A DNA stretch of 64,000 nt from Octopus vulgaris (GCA_951406725.2 OX597818.1:53878001-53942000), one strand, 5' to 3'; shown: positions 13,850 to 28,605, counted from the stretch's first letter. Notes: a model not told the origin generated them from the letters alone. Numbers and translations are program-made.

Positions 13850-13907
<58 letters not shown>

Positions 13908-14071
13908 TACATATACAACAGGCTTCTTTCAATTTCTGTCTACCAAATCCACTCACAAGGATTTGGTTGGCCCAGGCTATCGTAGAAGACATGTGCCCAA
14001 GATACCATGCAGTGGGACTGAACCCGGAACCATGTGGTTGGTAAGCAAGCTACTTACCAGACATATATGCA

Positions 14072-14132
<61 letters not shown>

Positions 14133-14135
<3 letters not shown>

Positions 14136-16534
14136 AAGGGTGAAAAGGAACACACGAGTTGATATATATGAAAAAACAAGTCAAAATAGAAAATGCTAAA
14201 ATAATTTTATAAAGAACATTTCAGTACCGGTTTCGGTCATTTTGAGACCTTTTCAACTGTAACGATTAAATAATTAAATTTAGAAAAATTAAAAGAAAAG
14301 TTTTTTTAAAGGAATATTTGTATAGTGTTCAAATATAAGTGGCATTCTGCCTTTCTCTGTCTCCCTTGTTTGCACTTGTGTGTTCGAGGCCGTTGTGAAT
14401 TCTTGGTAGGGTAGAAGAAGAAGAAGGTTGATGAGGAGAGGGGGTGGAAAAATTTGGGAGTGCCTTGATGATCGTATTTTGAATGGTCAGTAGCGGCTTG
14501 CAGTTGCAGTTCAATTCAGGAGAATATTTCTATTGAAAGGTTTGTTTATGGAATTTGCGTAGGTGTTATACTAAAAAGCATTAGTGATAAAGTTAAGAGG
14601 TAGAAGGTGGAGAAGAAGAAGAAGAAGAAGAAGAAGAAGAAGAAGAAGAAGAAGAAGAAGAAGAAGAAGATGAAGATGTTGATGATGATGATGATGATGA
14701 TGATGAAGAAGAAGAAGAAGAAGAAGGAGGAGGAGAAGGAGAAGAAGATGATGATGATGATGGTGATGATGATGACGACGATGATGATGATAATGATGAT
14801 GATAAAGAAGAAGAAGAGGAAGAAGAAGAAGAAAAAAGAGAAGGGAGAATATGAATGGGTGAAAGTAGTGAGGTGTTGTATGACTTGAAGTTGGCACGTT
14901 ATGGATTATAGCTGTGATTGGGGCTGATTTGTAATGGATTCTTTGGAATGTAATATTTGTGAGTGTGTATATTTCTTTTATTCTAAAGTTGAGGTATATT
15001 AATCGTTTGTCGTAGACCCGTTAAGAAGTGGCCTGTATTTTGTAATAAAGAGAGTTTCTTTACTTATTCGTTGTCTCGAGGTTGTATCGTCCCTAAATTG
15101 GTAGAGGGGGGTGGGAAATCCTGAAGCCTGGTATTTTGTTGTTGGCGCAAGTATCTATGTGTTGGCTGAAAGCTATTTTTCTGTTTTGGGGAATTTTTAT
15201 CTGGGATCTGTGCAGGGCCATTCTTTTACGCAAACTATTTTTTGTTTGGCCTATGTACTGCTCTTGACACCCGTGGCAGGTTAGTGACTATATTAGGTTC
15301 TCCGAAGCACATGTGAAGTTGCTTTTCACTGTAAACCGTTGTCCCTGTTTGAAGGAGAACTCTGATCCCTCAATTAGATAATCGCATATCCCGCAATTGG
15401 GTCTTCCACATTTTTTTACTGTCGGCTTCTGTGTTGAAGGGTGTATTCGGGCTTGTGTTAGGAGACTTTTCATAGATTTAGGCTGTCTCTTGCTTTTTAT
15501 GATCGTGTGTGTTTGGAGGATTGTGTTCATTCTGTGGTCTTTTTTTAGGAGGGGTATGTTGTGGAGGATGGTTCCGAAGGCTTCATTATTGAGAAGGTTG
15601 TGTGTGGAGATGTATGGTAAGGCTTTTGGTCGTAAGTTTTTCTTTGATTTGGGATGTCTCAGTTCCTTGATGTTAAGTTGAAGGGCACGTTGAATGCACA
15701 TGTCAATAAGTGAAGGTGGGTAGTTCCTGGTGATAAGGGTATCTTTTAGTTCTTGTAGTCGTGTGTCTCTGGTGTTTGCATTAGAAACTATAGTGCATAG
15801 CCTTTTTGCTAGATTGAAGGGGATATTCATCCTGGTGTGTCTGGGGTAGCATGAATTGAATGGAAGATATTGCTTAGAATCTGTAGGCTTATAATATATG
15901 TCTGTTTCTATTACATTATTAGCTTTCTTAATGAGGATATCGAGGAAGGGGAGTTGTTGCTGGCTATATTCCATCGTGAATTGGATGTTTACGTCCAGTC
16001 CGTTTAAAATTTCTTGGAATTCTATGAGTTTTTCTATATTTTTATGCCAAAGAATGAAACAGTCATCTAGATATCTCTTCCAGTTGTTTTCTATGTAGAT
16101 GGAGAAAGGGCTGCCATATCTTTCTAGAACCTTACGATACAGACTGATCTCTAGATATCCTATGACTAGGTTGGCAAAGGAGGGGGCCATTCGTGTACCC
16201 ATCGCAGTCTCCGATTTTTGTCGGTAGAAGTTGTCTTTGAAGGCGAAGAAGTTATTTTCCAGGATCAATTTAACCCCTTCTATCACGAATTCTTTTTTGA
16301 TGCGATGTGGTAGTTCGTTGGCGTGATTCTCTAGCCAGAATTGGATTGCCTCTAGTCCTAGGTTGTGGGGGATATTGGAGTAGAGGTTGACTACATCGAA
16401 GGATACCAGTATGGTGTTTTTGTTTATAGTATTCGGTAGGTGATTGAGCATATCCAAGTCGTCCCTTATATAGCTTTTGACATGTTTGAGGAGTGGTTTT
16501 AACAGGGTGTCTAAAAAGTTACTGAGGCGGTGGG
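14133..16534 (-). mobile_element. 5'-truncated Penelope-like retroelement (RT + Cys linker + GIY-YIG, Neptune-like), pseudogenised
   Basis: LVSFDVVNLYSNIP, TAMGTRMAPSFANL, RYLDDCF, LPFLDI, YYKPTDSKQYL and CGRPNCGIC. The GIY tyrosine is mutated to TAG (15288). The frame continues CHGCQEQYIGQT...LRKRMALH, with a frameshift near 15110 and a stop at 14999. Confidence 0.95.
14222..14259 (-). ncRNA. Minimal type-I hammerhead ribozyme motif, U3-A8 core variant (3' terminal repeat of the Penelope element)
   Basis: Minus strand CAG / TTGAAAA / GGTC-tcaaaat-GACC / GAAA / CCGG / TA / CTG. Confidence 0.75.
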
Positions 16535-16853
16535 TTTTCCACCCTCTCTCCTCATCAACCTTCTTCTTCTTCTTCTACCCTACCAAGAATTCACAACGGC
16601 CTCGAACACACAAGTGCAAACAAGGGAGACAGAGAAAGGCAGAATGCCACTTATATTTGAACACTATACAAATATTCCTTTAAAAAAACTTTTCTTTTAA
16701 TTTTTCTAAATTTAATTATTTAATCGTTACAGTTGAAAAGGTCTCAAAATGACCGAAACCGGTACTGAAATGTTCTTTATAAAATTATTTTAGCATTTTC
16801 TATTTTGACTTGTTTTTTCATATATATCAACTCGTGTGTTCCTTTTCACCCTT

Positions 16854-16914
<61 letters not shown>

Positions 16915-17087
16915 TATATGTATGCATATATGTCTGGTAAGTAGCTTGCTTACCAACCACATGGTTCCGGGTTCAGTCCCACTGCATGGTATCTTGGGCA
17001 CATGTCTTCTACGATAGCCTCGGGCCAACCAAATCCTTGTGAGTGGATTTGGTAGACAGAAATTGAAAGAAGCCTGTTGTATATGTA

Positions 17088-17172
<85 letters not shown>
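16535..17172 (+). repeat. Inverted copy of 13843-14451 (Penelope terminal repeat plus flanking (TA)n and SINE B fragment)
   Basis: Near-identical reverse complement. I saw only a few differences outside the microsatellites. Confidence 0.95.
16730..16767 (+). ncRNA. Hammerhead ribozyme motif (copy in the inverted terminal repeat)
   Basis: CAG TTGAAAA GGTC tcaaaat GACC GAAA CCGG TA CTG. Confidence 0.75.
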
Positions 17173-17176
<4 letters not shown>

Positions 17177-17242
17177 TACATTATATTATATTTTATCATA
17201 TTATATTATAATTTGATTGAATGCCACGCATTGACTTCCAAG

Positions 17243-17398
17243 TAGGAGTGGCTGTGTGGTAAGTAGCTTGCTTACCAACCACATGGTTCCGGGTTCAGTA
17301 CCAGTGCGTGGCACCTTGGGCAAGTGTCTTCTACTATATCCTCGGGCCGACCAAAGCCCTTTGTGTGGATTTAGTAGACGGAAACTGAAAAAAGCCCG

Positions 17399-17487
<89 letters not shown>

Positions 17488-17644
17488 TGTATGTATGTGT
17501 GTGTTTTGTGTATCTGTGTTTGTCCCCCCAACATCGCTTGACAACCGATGCTGGTGTGTTTACGTCCCCGTAACTTAGCGTTTCGGCGAAAGACACCAAT
17601 AGAATTAGTACTAGGCTTACAAAGAATAGGTCCTGGGGTAGGTG

Positions 17645-17725
<81 letters not shown>

Positions 17726-17902
17726 TGTATGTATGTATGTATGTATGTATGTATGTGTGTGTTTGTGTATCTGTGTTTGTCCCCCCCAACATCGCTTGAC
17801 AACCGATGCTGGTGTGTTTACGTCCCCGTAACTTAGCGTTTCGGTGAAAGACACCAATAGAATTAGTACTAGGCTTACAAAGAATAGGTCCTGGGGTAGG
17901 TG

Positions 17903-17971
<69 letters not shown>

Positions 17972-18210
17972 TGTATGTATGTATGTATGTGTGTGTTTGT
18001 GTATCTGTGTTTGTCCCCCCAACATCGCTTGACAACCGATGCTGGTGTGTTTACGTCCCCGTAACTTAGCGTTTCGGCGAAAGGCACCAATAGAATTAGT
18101 ACTAGGCTTACAAAGAATAGGTCCTGGGGTAGGTTTACTCGACTAAAGGCAGTGCTCCTACATGGCCGCAGTCAAATGACTGAAACAAGTAAAAGAGGAA
18201 CAGAGTAAAG
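17243..18210 (+). mobile_element. SINE family B with a triplicated internal microsatellite + 3' segment
   Basis: Three ~240-bp tandem units with junction TCCTGGGGTAGGTGTC-(AT)n. Confidence 0.85.
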
Positions 18211-18220
18211 ACAGTTATAG

Positions 18221-18254
<34 letters not shown>

Positions 18255-18427
18255 AGGGGGGGATAAGTAGGTAGGTATGTAAGTAGGTAAGTAGGTAGGT
18301 AGGTATGTAGGTGAGTGAGGAAGTAGGTAGATGTACTTTTCCAAAGAAAACAGATAACTTCAAATTTTTTTTATAATGTACGAGAAACGGATGAACATAT
18401 TTTTATGAGTTTTGTTGTTTTGTTGCA

Positions 18428-19263
18428 ACACACACACACACACACACACACAGAGTCGTACATGCATACACACATGCACACTTACACACGCACATACACA
18501 CACATACATACACAAACACAAACGCATATAAACACACACATGCACACGCACACACACATGCGCACATGTCCTCAAACACACATACACATACTAACACATA
18601 TACATAGACACACATACATACACGTATGCACAAAAACAAATGCACACATACACACACATGCACACATATACACGCACATACACACACATACGCACACAAA
18701 CACACAAACATAGAAACGAACCCATACATACACACCCACATGGACGCGCATACATACGCACACACATAAACATACGCATACACGCACACATACACACACA
18801 TACACACACACATACACACACATACACACATACATACACGCATACACACACAAACAAACGCTTACATACACATATATCCACACATACACACACATACACA
18901 CACAAACCACACACATGAACACACACATATACACACACATACACACACATACATACATACACACACGCGCGCATACACACACATACACACACATACACAC
19001 ACATATACATACACGCATACACACACAAACAAACGCTTATATACACACACATGCACACACACATACACACGCACATACACACACAAACCACACACACATA
19101 CACACACAAACTACACACATATAAACACACACATACACGCACACACATACACACACACATACACACATACACACTCGCATACACACACACACATACACAC
19201 ATACATACACACACGCATACACACACACACATACAAACACATATACACACGTAGTCACACACA
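18428..19263. repeat. Degenerate (CA)n tract
   Basis: Direct inspection. Confidence 0.95.
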
Positions 19264-19517
19264 AACAGACGAAGAGAAATAAAGCCTCGACTTTAAAATT
19301 ACAAAACTATAAAAGAATCAATAACGAAATTTTAGTAAATACTCTTTTATTTAATAACAAAATGAAACTCATCTGGTAGCATCTGGTAACACTTATCCTC
19401 TTTAACAACCAATGTGTTGTTTGTGCAGCTTTGCTTCTCACTTGGTTTTTTTGTTGTTTTGGGTTTTTGGGGGAAATTTGAGCTAGATACAAACACGAAA
19501 AAAAAATAAACATATCG

Positions 19518-19679
19518 ACGCAGGAGTGGCTGTGTGGTAAGTCGCTTGCTTACCAACCACATGGCTCCTGGTTCAGTCCCACTGCATGCCACATTGCGCA
19601 AGTGTCTTCTGCTATAGCCCCGGATCAACCAAAGCCTTGTGAGTGGATTTGGGAGATGGAAACTGAAAGAAACCCGTCG

Positions 19680-19710
<31 letters not shown>

Positions 19711-20697
19711 ATGTGTGTGTGTGTGTATGTCTGTGTGTGTCTGTGTCTGTGTGTGTGTATGTATGCATGTATGCATGTATGTATGTATGTATGTATGTAT
19801 GTATGTATGTATGTATGTATGTATGTATGTATGTATGTATAGGTGCCGAAGTGGCTGTGTGATAAGAAGCTTACTTACCAACCACATGGTTCTTGGTTCA
19901 ATCCAACTGCTTGGCACCTTGCGCAACTATCTTCTACTATAGCCTCGGGCCGACCAAAGCCTTGTGAGTGGATTTGGTGGACGGAAACTGAAAGAAGCCC
20001 GTCGTATATATATATGTGTATGTTTTTATGTCTGTGTTTGTTTCCCCACCATCGTTTAACCACCGATGCTTGTGTGTTAATATCCTCGTAACTAAGCGGT
20101 TCTGCAAAAGAGACCGATAGAATATGTACTAGGCTTACAAAGAATAAGTCCCGGGGTCGATTTGCTCGATTAAAGGCGGTGCTCCAGCATGGTAGCAGTC
20201 AAATGACTGAAACAAGTGAAAGAATAAAAGAATAATATACATAATCGGAGGTATGATTTATAAAAGTGGAAGAAATACCATACAATAACAATGCTGCTTT
20301 CAGATTTTGGTGCAAGGCCTGCAATGTCGGAGAAGGGGGTTAAGTCGATAACATCGACCCCGGTGTTCAACTGGTATTTATATTATCAACCCCGGAAGAA
20401 TGAAAGGCAAAGTTGACCTCGGCGGAATTTGAACTCAGAATGTAGCGGCAGACGAAATACCTATTTCTTTACTACACACAAGGGGCTAAACATAGAGGGG
20501 ACAAACAAGGACAGACAAACGGATTAGGTCGATTACATCGAGCCCCCAGTGCGTAACTGCTACTTATTTAATCGACCCCGAAAGGATGAAAGGCAAAGTC
20601 GACCTCGGCGGAATTTGAACTCAGAACGTAACAGTAGACGAAATACGGCTACGCATTTCGCCCGGCGTTCTAACGATCCTTCCAATTTGCCGCCTTC
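19518..20697. mobile_element. SINE cluster: two family B copies (+) and a composite family A copy (-, ~20300-20697)
   Basis: Colinearity with the family consensus seen elsewhere in the window. Confidence 0.8.
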
Positions 20698-20956
20698 CAT
20701 ACAAACATAATATTTAGACGGAAACATATTGGGTGGTAAATTTCGAGACATTTCAGCACGACCTGGTAAATATTTCTAACACCAGCTGTTTGTTCGTGTT
20801 TGTGTGTATGGGTTCTTATATAAAACACGGTCTCATGTCTTAGGTCTCACAGGGACAGTTACCGAGATCACAACATTGCCTCTGAACGAGAAACTAGTTC
20901 GGCGCAGGGTTACTCGTTCACAGCCGAGTGGACTGAAGCACAGTGAAAGGGAAGTA

Positions 20957-21521
20957 TTGGGTTGTCCGGAAAGTTCGTGCCGATTTTTAAAGGAAAGAAA
21001 AAGGCTAATAAATACTTGCCATTACATTTTTTATCAACCAAATATGAACCATTTTCTTGCACAATGCGTCTCCATCTTTCCTTTAACTTGAAAATACCCT
21101 CTTCCCAGAATTGAGGTGGTTTCATGGCAAGGAATTCATCAAGGTATCTTTTTATGTCATCCAAGGAATTGAAATTTTTAACTTTAAGACTATTCTGCAG
21201 AGACCTGAATAAGTGGAAATCCGAAGGAGCAATATCTAGTGAATATGGATGTGGGGTAACACATCCCAGCCGAGCTGCAGCAATTTTTGTCTAGTTCTCA
21301 AAGCATCAAGTACCGAAAATGAACTTTTTTGTCTTCCATTTTAAAGGGTTACAGAATTAACACATGTTATAGGAACATAAACCTTCTTCCACGAAAAGAT
21401 AGCTTAAACTGTGCCCTAAATGGAGGTGTAGTCAAATCCTATTTCATGGACTCGATCATGTTCTAACATAAGTCGAAAGGTAAGCTACTATAAACCGGCA
21501 CGAACTTTCCGGACAACCCAA
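20957..21521 (-). mobile_element. Internally deleted mariner with both TIRs and TA TSD (transposase C-terminus), nested in a SINE
   Basis: TA-TTGGGTTGTCCGGAAAGTTCGTGCCG...CGGCACGAACTTTCCGGACAACCCAA-TA. Minus strand reads PYSLDIAPSDFHLFRSLQN...GIFKLKERWRRIVQENGSY. Same family as 11191. Confidence 0.92.
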
Positions 21522-21631
21522 TACTTTGATCAAGAACGCAACGTACCACCGGGCGCGGGAATCGAAACGAAACCACAGTGCATCAATCTAACCACTAAGC
21601 CACGTGCATTCACTTTGAGTGTGTTTAGTAC

Positions 21632-21993
<362 letters not shown>

Positions 21994-22408
21994 ATTTAGA
22001 ACAAAATAAACCACTTGAAGTGAAATGTAGAAACCAAATCAATGTGTTTGTCTTTGAGAATCGTTCGAGTTTCCATTTCAACTGCTACTAGAGAGTATGA
22101 TTTTAATTAAAAACACATTAACCGCTAAAGAAACGGCTTTCCAGCTGTTTGTTCTAATAACATTGCCATGGATGATTATAGTATTTAGTTACCAATATTT
22201 ATCTCTGTAATTGTGCATTACATAAATATTTTTCTTTGTGCATTTACTAGGAGTCCTTATGTGTACATAAAGCTGTTCGTGCTCCGTGAATAATATGGAT
22301 TCACTTCAGCCCAGACACTTTGTATACAATAATAATCATATTTGTACATAAATTTGTTGCACAAGATTTTAATCACTCACTGATAATTATAAACAAATTG
22401 AATCCGGA

Positions 22409-22675
<267 letters not shown>

Positions 22676-23459
22676 TAATGTAGTTGATTGCTTTTAAAAC
22701 GGTGATAAAATAAGGATACAAAGCTTAGATTTCAATGTTTTATTAAATTCTGATATGAAACTTCTCGTTAATTCATCAATACATCTGTGCTTTGAAAAGA
22801 AAAATTATTTTGAAAAATTTATAAAGATTGTAGTAAAAACCAAACCATGAATCCTATTCAAAATATGATACTTGTGTTCTTAGTTACAAAACCAAGTATC
22901 TAAAGATTACATTAGAAATAAATGAGGTCACTCGTAAATTTTTAGAATTATTTTGTTAAAAGTTTCTCTTTTTCTATTGGTGCAAGGATGTTGTTATTGC
23001 AGTTTTGTTGCCTGTCGTGTCAATGCTACTGTATTACACTTCTGTAATATTCTTCACATAAAAAAAAATATCTAACCAGGTTCTGTAAATTCTTTTTTTT
23101 TTTTTTTTTTTTAGTCGTTGGTCTGCGGCCATGCTGGAGCATCGTCTTGAAAAGTTCGCTCGAAGAAATCGAACCCAGCCCTCATTTTTAAGTACGATGC
23201 TTGTTGTTTATTCTATCGGTCTCTTTTAACGCGGCGAGCTGGCAGAAACGTTAGCACGCCGGGCGAAATGCGTAGCCGTATTTCGTCTGCCGTTACGTTC
23301 TGAGTTCAAATTCCGCCGAGGTCGACTTTGCCTTTCATCCTTTCGGGGTCAATAAATTCAGTACCAGTTACGCACTGTGGTCGATATAATCGACTTAATC
23401 CGTTTGTCTGTCCTTGTTTGTCCTCTCTGTGTTTAGCCCCTTGTGGGTAGTAAAGAAAT

Positions 23460-24604
23460 TGGTAAAGAACTTTGGATTTCGCTGGGGACTATCAGAACTA
23501 TGGTGCACGAGGGCATTCGATACATTTTGTATATACTGAGGAAGGCAATTCATGTCTACAAAGGTACAGGAAAACCATTTCATCCATGTCAAGCGGTTAT
23601 TTAGCACGGTTACAAACCTTACGAACATTGCATACTTTGGTTCTTTGCTAATGAGAAAAACTTTGACCAAGATCAAAACTCAAACAGGAGAAATAACAGA
23701 CGCTTATGTGCAATCCTTATGACTTCTCCCAGAGTAATGCACGCTAAGTTTCCAGCAATGGTGTTGGAATTAGGAATGGCTAATAACGAAGGTCAGCCGT
23801 GCCATTCACAGCTTTTCATGGAGTCTTAGAATTAATGATATTAAATAAGTTGAAGGCGGCGAGCTGGCAGAATCGTTAGCAGGCCGGGCGAAATGCTTAG
23901 CAGCATTTTGTCTGCCGCTACGTTCTGAGTTCAAGTTCCGCCCGTGTCGACTTTGCCTTTCATCCTTTCGAGGTCGATTAAATAAGTACCAGTTACGCAC
24001 TGGGGTCGATATAATCGACTTAATCCGTTTGTCTGTCCTGGTTTGTCCTCTCTGTGTTTAGCCCCTTGTGGGTAGTAAAGAAATAGATATTAAATAAGTT
24101 GGGGAGCTGGAGACAGTTGATAAACCCTAGATGGATGAAGTACACAGTGGAAGGCCATATTTGTTTCAACAAGAAGTAGCACCTTCCCACAAATCTCATG
24201 TAACCCAAGAATAGATGTTAGACAACCTTTACGATCATGTAACACCAAACTTGTGGTTTCGAATCCCACCAGATTTAAAATCTCATGGACTACTATATTT
24301 GGAACGTTGTTGAAATGGGGTCTAATGGACATCCTCTCAATGCCATAGCTCCACTGAAGACCACAATTGTCCAGGTGATGTCCGAAATGAATAAAAGGAC
24401 CTTTTAGTGCAGGCATGTTTACGATTCCGGTTCTGTATTGAAGCAATCATCGAAGCTAAAAGCGGATCAGAGAATGGCCTTATAAAAAAAAAGGCTTATC
24501 GAGAACAAGTGCACAAACTATTATTTAAATACATCTGGCTCTGATAAGATAATATTTGCTTTATTAAATTACCAAATATGTCCTCAAATGCCTCTCGCGC
24601 CCTG
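23460..24604 (+). mobile_element. Decayed Tc1/mariner (maT/DD37D-like) transposon, interrupted by SINE A (23855-24085)
   Basis: FFANEKNFDQDQNSNRRN...VMHAKFPA and FQQEVAPSHKSHVTQE*MLDNLYDHVTPNLW...PDL/NLMDYYIWNVVE. Ends CCCTG-TA. The SINE has a 16-bp TSD GATATTAAATAAGTTG. Confidence 0.8.
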
Positions 24605-24774
24605 TATATGCATGTATGTATGTGTTTACACGGGTTTCCGCATAATGTGCGCCTACCAAATTCACATACAAGGCGTTAGTCAGCCAAGGGCCATAATACA
24701 TGATACTTGACTACACCCAAAAACTACGCGGTAGCAAAGCGACCACATAACCTTGCCTCTAGTTATAGCTACTC

Positions 24775-24813
<39 letters not shown>

Positions 24814-25137
24814 CGTGTGTGTATGCGCGTGTGTGTGTGTAAAGTGGTGAGCTGGCAGAAACGCTAGCACGCCGGGCGAAATGCGTAGCCGCATTTCGTC
24901 TGCCGTTACGTTGTGCGTTCAAATTCCGCCGAGGTCGACTTTGCCTTTCGTCCTTTCGGGGTCGATAAATTAAGTACCAGTTACGCACTGGGGTGTCGAT
25001 GTAATTGACTTAATCCGTTTGTCTGTCCTTGTTTGTCCTCTCTATGTTTAGCCCCTTGTGGGCAATAAAGAAAGAATATATATATATGTATATAATATGT
25101 GTGTGTGTGTGTATGTGTGTGTGTGTATGTATGTATG

Positions 25138-25172
<35 letters not shown>

Positions 25173-25185
25173 TTATATATATTTG

Positions 25186-25886
25186 TAGAAGATATAAAAT
25201 TCAGTTGTCAGTACTTTATATCCGAAAACGAAATCGTTCTTACTGTGATTTATAAAACTTGGATGGGAGACATTTTTATATTAAAAATTCAAATAATAAA
25301 AAAATAATAGCTGAAAATAAAAAATATATAATAAAAATAATTAGATATAAAATGTAAGTGAATATAAAATAACATGAAAACCGTGTATGCGTGTGTAGAT
25401 ACATGTGTTCGAGGAGGGAGAATAGAGTTCAGTAATACGAGATAATATGAAGGTAAAAATCAATTAAAAACCATGAAAATTGAAAGTCAGTTAAAACCTA
25501 CGGCCGTTTCAGAAAATATTAAGGAGTTGTAGGAACGGTCTATATTCAACTCCATCGAATAATGTTACCTTCAGCGGAATTCACTGTTTGTGTTAAGGTT
25601 CAGTTAAAATTCTACATGATGAATTCTTATTCGATGTCCACCCACCAATGTTCTCCCTCGGGTACATGTAACTACACATGCATACACAGTTTTCATGTTA
25701 TTATATATTAGTTCACTGACATTTTATATTTTATTATTTTTATTATATATTTTTTATTATCTTTTATTATTTTTTTATTTTGAATTTTTAATATAAATAT
25801 GTCTCCCATCCAAGTTTTATAAATCACTGTAAACACCATTTCGTTTAAGGATGGGAAGTACTGAAAAATGAAATTTTTATCTTCTA
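25186..25886. repeat. AT-rich fold-back element (~235-bp arms) next to (TA)n
   Basis: 25186-25422 is inverted relative to 25650-25886. Confidence 0.85.
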
Positions 25887-25971
25887 TTTAAAAATTTTAT
25901 TACGCCTTAGCTCATAAACGACAAAAAACAATTGTACTATATACGGAGTATTGTCTCCATTAAAAATTCGC

Positions 25972-26083
<112 letters not shown>

Positions 26084-26637
26084 CACACACTAGCACTGAT
26101 CACTTCCCAGCCCCACATCTTCACACCTACACATACACACACGCACGTCAAGGTCACCAGCCCTCTTCCAAACGCACATACATACTCTCTTATACACACG
26201 CACGCGCACCTTCGTTTTGGGATCACCACTACTTTATTATCTCCACTTCTTCCTAGCACTCCTGTGTGACCCTTCTGTCCGGCATTCGCCATGATAGATC
26301 GCTAGCCACAACACATTCTTTATTTTCTCTCCTTGTTTCTTTTTCTGTTCCTTTTTGCGGAAGATCGTAGACTCGAAACGTTAAAGACTTTTTCACTTCC
26401 CGAGCGTTAAACTAATACATCTGTTTGTTGTCTACACCACCTGTCTTCGTCTTTTGTTTTTTTGTGAATTCTCCCTATATATATATAGCCGCTCCTGCGA
26501 CTATAGCTAACATCAAAATTGCTTTTTTTTTTCGTTGTAGTATGAGGCTGCTTTGTTAATTGTTTCCTGGTAATCTGATTGAAACATGCGTCTAGTGATA
26601 TTGACTGTTATGTAATTAATAATTATAGACAGTTGAG

Positions 26638-27500
26638 AGGCGGTGAGCTCGCAGAATCGTTATAACACCGGGAAAAATGCTTACCGGCATTTCATCCGTC
26701 TTTACCGTCTGAGTTCAAATTCCACCAAGGTTAACTTTGCCTTTCGGGCTCAATAAAATAAGTATCACCTGAACACTTAAAGAAATAAGAATCGTTAGCA
26801 CACCGGGCGAAATGCTTAGCCGTATTTCATCTGCCGTTATGTTCTGAGTTCAAATTCCGCCGAGGTCGACTTTGCCTTTCATCCTTTCGGAGTCGATAAA
26901 TTAAGTACCAGGTACGCACTGTGGTCGATATAACCAACTTAATCCGTTTGTCTGTCCTTGTTTGTCCTCTCTGTGTTTAGCCCCTTGTGGGTAGTAAAGA
27001 AATAGGTATTTCGTCTGCCTTTCATCCTTTCGGCGTCGATAAATTAAGTACCAGTTGCGTACTGGGGTCGATCTAGAGTAGAAAAGAATATATCCATAAT
27101 ATGAGTGAAGTGAAGAAACACTGATAAAGAGCCAACTCACCTGCCCACAATTGTTAGTTAAAAATTTGATTAGAAGGCCAGCAATTCGAAGGGGGAACAC
27201 AGTGTTCAAATTCCGCCGAGGTCGACTTTGCCTTTCAACCGTTCGGGGTCGATTAAATAAGTACCAGTTACGCACTGGGGTCGATATAATCGACTTAATC
27301 CGTTTGTCTCTCCTTGTATGTCCTCTCTGTGTTTATCCCCTTGTGGGTAGTAAAGAAACAGATATTTCGCATGTCTTTACGTTCTGAGTTTAAATTTCGC
27401 CAAGGATTACTTTGCCTTTCATCCTTTCGGGGTCGATAAATTAAGTACCAGTTATATTCTGGGGTCGATCTAATTGACTGTCTCCACTCCCCAAAAATTT
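26638..27500 (+). mobile_element. SINE family A cluster
   Basis: Multiple nested or tandem family A segments. Other copies at 23231, 24845, 28048, 33475, 39065, 40044 (-), 40293 (-) and 41895. Confidence 0.8.
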
Positions 27501-28605
27501 TTTCTTAATCACAATATTCATATTTTAGTCAGGTTTGGAGGTTTTTTCTTTCCTTTTCTTTTTCCTTTTTTTTTTTGACGTAGTTAACAGTGGAAATACT
27601 CACGCCCTCCCGTGTTATCGCACAAATATGAGGTCAGCTGCCCATTAACATTAATTTATCATTGAATGGGTGTGTTTGCGATACAAAAGCAAATTAACCC
27701 AAGCAGGATATAGAATAAATATTGTATTATACATATTATTTTCGTAGAAGAAGAAGAGTAAGGTAACCAGATGAAAAAGTTGTTTGTTGCTAAGAGTTCA
27801 GTTGATAAGAGTATAAAACACAATTGTTACGAAGAGGCTAATCCATTGTTAAAGCCGGTGGGGCGTGGGGGCCGCAATACAAATTGTGTAAATAATTCCC
27901 TTTTGGTTTAGTGTATCCCCACAAGCGTAAGAGTCTGTTTTAGAGTGGCTCAATTGTCAGGATTTTGAAAGTCTCTCGCATTTGACATATTACTCTTGGG
28001 AACTTTCTCAAATTCCTCTGTGCACACATATATATTTGAGCCAGGAAGGCGGCGAGTTGGCAGAAACGTTAGCATGCCGGGCGAAATGCGTAGCCGTATT
28101 TCGTCTGTCGTTACGTTCCGAGTTCAAATTCCGCCGAGATCGACTCTGCCTTTCATCCTTTCGGGGTCGATAAACTAAGTACCAGTTACGCACTGGGGTC
28201 GATGTAATCGACTTAATCCGTTTGTCTGTCCTTGTTTGTCCCCTCTGTGTTTAACCCCTTGTGGGTAGTAAAGAAAAAATATATATTTGAGCCATCTCTC
28301 CAGCGCTGAATTAACCATTAAGCAAAATAAGTACGTGTTCTGGACATGAAGGAGAGGTGGGTACGACAGAAATGGTAAATGGTTCACGATACAAAAGAAA
28401 TCTCTTTACACTTGTTTAAATAATATTCGAAGTGGTTTATATGATCGGAAAAATAAATTTTGAAGTGCTTCCGGTGTCATAGCAAGGATCCGATCAAAGA
28501 CAGCAATTTTAAAAAGTAGGAGAAAACTTTTCAAATATAAATAATAAAGTGGAAGTATGCAAAAAATAAACATTATTTTCCATTTTACTGTTAGCTGTCG
28601 CTCTG

